A DNA stretch of 64,000 nucleotides from a bacterium (lineage in GTDB: Bacteria; Zhuqueibacterota; Zhuqueibacteria; Residuimicrobiales; Krinioviventaceae), in NCBI GenBank assembly GCA_963693055.1, contig OY843751.1:1696001-1760000 (forward strand), read 5' to 3'. The notes under the pieces are model-generated. The model saw only the letters and a list, made by a program, of their open reading frames with translations, was not told where the DNA came from and made no database searches. Positions 59,280 through 64,000 of the stretch are shown piece by piece. A program made the translations under genes and the position numbers. How positions within the stretch are numbered: position 1 is the stretch's first letter; the number at the start of each line of letters is the position of its first letter.

Positions 59280-60206
59280 GTGATGGTTGAATATCATATA
59301 CCGGTACTAGTAGATAAGGTTGTTGAGGCACTTGATGCAGGTAACGCTGAAACAATAGTTGATGCTACATTAGGTGATGCCGGATATTTTTTGAAAATTA
59401 TTGAAAAAATGCCCGGAACGGGTAAGGTAATCGGATTTGATCGGGATACAGAAGCAATAAATAGAGTTGAGGCCCGGTTAGGTTCTTTGATAAACAGGTT
59501 GATGATTGTGCAGGATAATTTTAGGAATATTGGTCCTGCGTTAGACATGCTTGATGTAGGCAAGGTGGATGGTGTTGTTGCGGATCTGGGTGTTTCCCGG
59601 TTGCAGATCAGTGATCCTGAGCGTGGATTTATGTATATGGCTTCCGGCCCTTTGAAGATGACAATGAATCCTGATGCTGGTTTGGATGCAGAGCAGGTTG
59701 TGAATACTTTTGAGCTGAGAGATCTCACCCGGATTTTTAGAGAGTTTGGTGAAGAGCGGGAGGCGTTTCGTATTGCAAAAGCTATAGTGAGGCAGCGTGA
59801 GGGTAAAGTGATCAGGACGACTGATGAGCTGCGAAATGTTATTCAGCGGGTGGTTGGCAGAAAGTATGAGATTAAGTCGTTTGCCAGAATTTTTCAAGCA
59901 ATCCGTATCTATGTGAATGATGAGCTGGCAAGTTTGAACGAGTTTTTACCAGCTGCAACGGATGCATTAAAGAGCGGTGGCAGGTTGGTTATTGTCAGTT
60001 ATCACAGCCTTGAGGATCGTATAGTGAAACAGTTTATACGTAAACAAGCTGATCCTTGCGAGTGTCCCAAAGAGTTACCGCATTGTGTTTGTGGTAAAAG
60101 GCCTGTTTTGAAACCTATTGGTAAATTGCTGAAAGCTGATGATGCTGAGATTAGATTGAATCCTAGTGCCCGTTCAGCAAGATTGAGAATTGCGGAAAAA
60201 ATGTGA
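59280..60206 (+). CDS. rsmH: 16S rRNA m4C1402 methyltransferase
   Basis: HIPVL, VDATLG, DRD, DLGVS..Q....RGF, FQAIRI.VN.EL, SYHSLEDRIVK, NPSARSARLR. Confidence 0.97.
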   Translation: MMVEYHIPVLVDKVVEALDAGNAETIVDATLGDAGYFLKIIEKMPGTGKVIGFDRDTEAINRVEARLGSLINRLMIVQDNFRNIGPALDMLDVGKVDGVVADLGVSRLQISDPERGFMYMASGPLKMTMNPDAGLDAEQVVNTFELRDLTRIFREFGEEREAFRIAKAIVRQREGKVIRTTDELRNVIQRVVGRKYEIKSFARIFQAIRIYVNDELASLNEFLPAATDALKSGGRLVIVSYHSLEDRIVKQFIRKQADPCECPKELPHCVCGKRPVLKPIGKLLKADDAEIRLNPSARSARLRIAEKM

Positions 60207-60211
60207 GATAG

Positions 60212-60520
60212 ATGGCTGTTACCATAAAAAATAGTGTTAGACGTAAAAGGTTAATGAAAAAGTATGTAATACATGCTTTTATTGCTTTTTCCGTTTTTAG
60301 CCTGGTGAAGGTTTGGCAGAATGTAAGTGTGGGGCAGCTGAATAGACGTAATGTTAAAATGAGTCGTGAATTGCAGCAATTGGAATATGAAAAAGCTGTT
60401 TTGACAGATAAAGTAGAGACATTGACCCATGTTGACCGGATTGAAAGAATTGCCAAAGAAAAGTTGGGTTTTGTTCCTGCTGAAAAGATTAATATGAAAT
60501 TAAATGATGAAGAAAATTAA
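60212..60520 (+). CDS. ftsL: Cell division protein FtsL-like
   Basis: Single TM + coiled coil + RIERIAKEKLG; lies between rsmH and the PBP gene. Confidence 0.8.
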   Translation: MAVTIKNSVRRKRLMKKYVIHAFIAFSVFSLVKVWQNVSVGQLNRRNVKMSRELQQLEYEKAVLTDKVETLTHVDRIERIAKEKLGFVPAEKINMKLNDEEN

Positions 60521-60526
60521 TAATAT

Positions 60527-62650
60527 ATGAATCGATCCGGTGAAAATTTTTGGAGATATAATTTTTTCCGTTATAGCGCGCTTTTGTTCATGTTTTTGCT
60601 CGTTGGGCGGTTGTTACAGATCCAATTCTCTGAAATGGAGGGTGTGATGGAAAATGTAGAAAATCCATGGACCAAAAAAGTTGTGATTCCACCAGAACGC
60701 GGCAAGATTGTAGACAGGAATATAAAGTTGTTGGCTTTTAATATTCCAACAATAACCGTTGTAGCTGATCCGCATATTGTTGAAAATAAACCGGATGCTG
60801 CATCAAAGCTGTCATTGATTCTGGGTGCAACCAAGCGCGAACTGTTGAAAATGATGAATGAAAGCGGCAAGTATGTAGTTTTGGCGCGCAAACAACCTTT
60901 TGAGGTAAGAGAGAGAATTGAAAAGCTGAATTTAGCGGGAGTTAAGTGCGAAATTGCAATGACCCGCAAGTATCCTCAAAAAAATATTGCCAGCCAGTTG
61001 TTAGGATTCACAGATGTTGATGGAGTGGGGATTAGTGGTCTTGAAAAATCTCTGGATTATTCATTGCGTGGTGTACCGGGCAAGATGCTGTACCAGAAAA
61101 CCGCTACAAATGATTTTTTTAATCATCCGGATTACCCAATCATTCCGCCGGAAAATGGGCAGGATGTGGTTTTGTCTATAGATTATCGATATCAGCATAT
61201 TGCGGAAGAAGAGTTGTTGACAACAATTAATACACACAAGGCTGAAGGTGGTGTAGCCGTAATTATGAATCCCAAGACTGGAGAAGTGCTGGCTATGGCA
61301 TCGGAACCGGGATTTGATCCCAATCATGCGAATCAATATGATGCCAGCTGCTGGAGATTACGTCCAATTACTGACGCTTTTGAACCCGGCTCTACTTTCA
61401 AGCTTGTTTTAATGTCTGCGGTATTGAATGAAGGTTTGCATACACCCGATGATTTGGTGTTCTGTGAAAATGGAAAATATGAATTGATGGATGTGAGAAT
61501 TCCAGATACTTCACCACATGCCTGGTTGACATTGCGTGAGGTTTTGGTATACTCTTCGAATATTGGTGTTGCCAAATTGGCAATGGATATTGATAAACGA
61601 ACCTTGTATGAATATGCAAGGGCATATGGTTTTGGTAATCGTTATGATTTTGATATTATAGGTGAAAGGGAAGGCATTTTAAAACCGGTTAAAGACTGGT
61701 CTGGTGTTACTCCTGCATTTATGTCAATTGGTCATGAAATTACAGCCACTTCATTGCAAATGTGCAATATGTTTTGTGCTGTTGCAAATGGCGGATATTT
61801 ATTAAGTCCTTCAATTATTAAAGAGATCCGTAAGGATGGTCAGACACTGGTAAAAACAAAGCCAAAAGTAATTCGTAAGGTGATTTCCAGTACAACTGCT
61901 GATACTTTGAAAAATATTATGCGTGATGTGGTAATTAAAGGTACGGGTACCAATGCACAGATAGCGGGTATGAATATTTGTGGTAAAACCGGTACCGCCC
62001 AAATGGCATATACTACTGGAAATCGTGTTGGATATCAAAAAAATAATTATATTGCCAGTTTTGGAGGCTTTTTCCCTGAAGAAGATCCAAAGCTTGTTAT
62101 TTTTGTAATGGTTGAAAAACCCCGTGTGGGTTATTATGGTGGAACTATTTCGGCACCATGTTTCAAAAGAATTGCTGAACGTATTATAGATATTGAAGGT
62201 CGTGATTATTTTATAAAGTCTGATGATGATTTGGAAAACAGTAAGAATGATGGCCCTGTGGTTGTTCCTAATTTGGTGGGAACAACCAGAGATTATGTGA
62301 ATGATATGGTAGTGGATGAGCATTTTATTGCAAATATATCTGGTTCAGGTGATGTGATTCTCTCTCAGGACCCAAAACCGGGTACCGAGCTTCAGGAAGC
62401 AAAAGAGTTGTTTCTTTCAGCAACTGATACAAAAGTTGAGAATGATTCAACGGTGCCTGATGTAACCGGTCTTCCATTGCGTAATGCATTGAATGTTTTG
62501 TCTTTAAATGGGATATCGGTAGTTGTTGAGGGCTCTGGTAAAGTGGTTAAGCAAACCCCTAAAGCGGGCAGTACATTGAAAAACAAGGAACAAGTTTTAC
62601 TGCATTGTGAAACCGCTATAAATTTAAAAGATTTGATTGTAATGAATTAG
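60527..62650 (+). CDS. ftsI: Class B penicillin-binding protein (septal transpeptidase) with 2 PASTA domains
   Basis: RGKIVDRN, R.YP, G.SGLE; EPGSTFK (SxxK), SSN, KTGTAQ; VPNLVG and VPDVTG PASTA starts. Confidence 0.93.
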   Translation: MNRSGENFWRYNFFRYSALLFMFLLVGRLLQIQFSEMEGVMENVENPWTKKVVIPPERGKIVDRNIKLLAFNIPTITVVADPHIVENKPDAASKLSLILGATKRELLKMMNESGKYVVLARKQPFEVRERIEKLNLAGVKCEIAMTRKYPQKNIASQLLGFTDVDGVGISGLEKSLDYSLRGVPGKMLYQKTATNDFFNHPDYPIIPPENGQDVVLSIDYRYQHIAEEELLTTINTHKAEGGVAVIMNPKTGEVLAMASEPGFDPNHANQYDASCWRLRPITDAFEPGSTFKLVLMSAVLNEGLHTPDDLVFCENGKYELMDVRIPDTSPHAWLTLREVLVYSSNIGVAKLAMDIDKRTLYEYARAYGFGNRYDFDIIGEREGILKPVKDWSGVTPAFMSIGHEITATSLQMCNMFCAVANGGYLLSPSIIKEIRKDGQTLVKTKPKVIRKVISSTTADTLKNIMRDVVIKGTGTNAQIAGMNICGKTGTAQMAYTTGNRVGYQKNNYIASFGGFFPEEDPKLVIFVMVEKPRVGYYGGTISAPCFKRIAERIIDIEGRDYFIKSDDDLENSKNDGPVVVPNLVGTTRDYVNDMVVDEHFIANISGSGDVILSQDPKPGTELQEAKELFLSATDTKVENDSTVPDVTGLPLRNALNVLSLNGISVVVEGSGKVVKQTPKAGSTLKNKEQVLLHCETAINLKDLIVMN

Positions 62651-62657
62651 GATTGAT

Positions 62658-64000
62658 GTGAGTAGCTTGAATTTAACAATATCAGAAATACTTTTAATTG
62701 ATGCCATTTCAATTGCCTGGAAAGGTAATGTATCTGTTCCTGATGGTAACATACGGCAAATCAGCACCGATTCAAGAAGCCTTGAAGCAGGTGATGTGTT
62801 TGTGGCAATTGAAGGTGAACGGTTTAATGGTCATGATTTTGTAAAGCAAGCTGTAGAAGCTAAAGTTTCGGCTTGTGTTGTTTCTGAAAAATGGTACAGT
62901 ATGAATTCAGGGGCTTTTGAGAATTCTGGTTTTCTTGTTGTACAGGATACTTTAGAAGCATATCAGGAAATTGCACGATTTTATAGAATGAAATTTGATA
63001 TTCCTGTTGTGGCTATTACAGGAAGTAGTGGTAAAACCACAACAAAGGAATTTGTTGCGAGCGTTTTATCGCAAAAATATAATGTGTTGAGCAATATTAA
63101 ATCCTTTAATAATCACATCGGTGTTCCGGCAACTTTGCTGAACCTGAGACCCGAACATGAAATTCTGGTTACAGAGCTGGGTACCAATCATTTTGGTGAG
63201 CTGGACCGACTCAGCTACCTGGTTGAACCATCTGTTTGTCTTTTTACCAATATCGGCTATGCACATTTGGAGTTTTTTAAGGATAAGCAGGGTGTTGCAA
63301 GAGCCAAAATGGAAATGCTCAACAGTATGCAAGCTAATGGTTTGATTATTTATAATGCTGATGATCCGATTTTGGCAGATGTGACTTTTCCTTCTGAGAA
63401 TCTGGTTTCATTTGGGACAAGTCAGGGAGCTGATGTATCAGGGCAAATATTATATTGTGATGCTCTTGCAAAATATAGATTTGATTTTTCTGGTACCCTG
63501 GTGCAGTTGTCCGTACCCGGAAGTCATAATGTTTCGAACGCATTGGCTGCAACGGCGGTGGCAAAACATTTTAACGTTGAAAATCAAAAAATTAAAGACG
63601 GAATTGAGTCTTTTAATTTTGTAGAAAAACGCATGCATGTGGTTGAGCATGGATCCATACGAATTATAGACGATACATATAATTCAAATCCCGGCAGCTG
63701 TATGGCTGCAATAGATACTTTGAAAGATATAAAAACCGGATTAAATGGACGTCGCATTGCTATTCTTGCAGATATGAAAGAATTGGGACAATTTTCTATT
63801 GATGAACATGTGAACATTTTTAAATATGCGGGAAGCAAGGAAATTGATGCATTATTTCTGTTCGGTAGCGAGATGGAAAAGGCTTTCGAATTGGTTGATA
63901 AACATTGTTTTGATTTTCTCGGACATTTTCAGGACAAATCCGGTTTATTTGATACATTGAAACAATATGTGGCTTCCCAAGATGTTTTACTTGTCAAGGG
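62658..64000 (+). CDS. murF: UDP-MurNAc-tripeptide--D-Ala-D-Ala ligase (runs off the window end)
   Basis: Manual translation from GTG 62658: ISTDSR..GDVFVAIEGERFNGHDF, AITGSSGKTTTKE, FNNHIGVP.TL, ELGTNHFGE, IIDDTYNSNP.S, DMKELG, LVKG. Confidence 0.95.
   Translation, partial: MSSLNLTISEILLIDAISIAWKGNVSVPDGNIRQISTDSRSLEAGDVFVAIEGERFNGHDFVKQAVEAKVSACVVSEKWYSMNSGAFENSGFLVVQDTLEAYQEIARFYRMKFDIPVVAITGSSGKTTTKEFVASVLSQKYNVLSNIKSFNNHIGVPATLLNLRPEHEILVTELGTNHFGELDRLSYLVEPSVCLFTNIGYAHLEFFKDKQGVARAKMEMLNSMQANGLIIYNADDPILADVTFPSENLVSFGTSQGADVSGQILYCDALAKYRFDFSGTLVQLSVPGSHNVSNALAATAVAKHFNVENQKIKDGIESFNFVEKRMHVVEHGSIRIIDDTYNSNPGSCMAAIDTLKDIKTGLNGRRIAILADMKELGQFSIDEHVNIFKYAGSKEIDALFLFGSEMEKAFELVDKHCFDFLGHFQDKSGLFDTLKQYVASQDVLLVK

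Overview
This is a low-GC bacterial chromosomal window. Several large secreted proteins end in a C-terminal 'L.QNYPNPFN' sorting/FlgD-like tail, and there are HisKA_2 kinases and a dcw cluster; by inference this fits an FCB-group organism such as KSB1 or Calditrichota. The window holds a Tat sulfatase, a beta-propeller/DUF4091(GH123-like) fusion next to a decayed paralog, two PAS/HisKA_2 + REC signalling modules, an M48 peptidase fused to a pseudopilin-like tail, and a 1236-aa secreted protein with five copies of an unrecognised ~162-aa domain. It continues with two tandem lipoprotein paralogs sharing a near-identical 141-nt 5' block, nfo, Ub-Mut7C and tryptophanase, decayed GH29 and SGNH genes, a LamG-cohesin-dockerin protein, and an IS256-family element whose target duplication encloses an extra 99-bp MITE-like left extension. 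The last part has uxaA, an accessory redox/regulator cluster, a pectin-type GH28/GH35 cluster, pabBC, amn, a ROK kinase, and the start of the dcw operon (mraZ-rsmH-ftsL-ftsI-murF, with no murE between ftsI and murF). Two small secreted repeat proteins each have a perfect sigma54 promoter plus a palindromic enhancer-like site. No rRNA, tRNA, CRISPR array or reverse transcriptase was seen. All calls come from reading motifs by eye; no searches were run.
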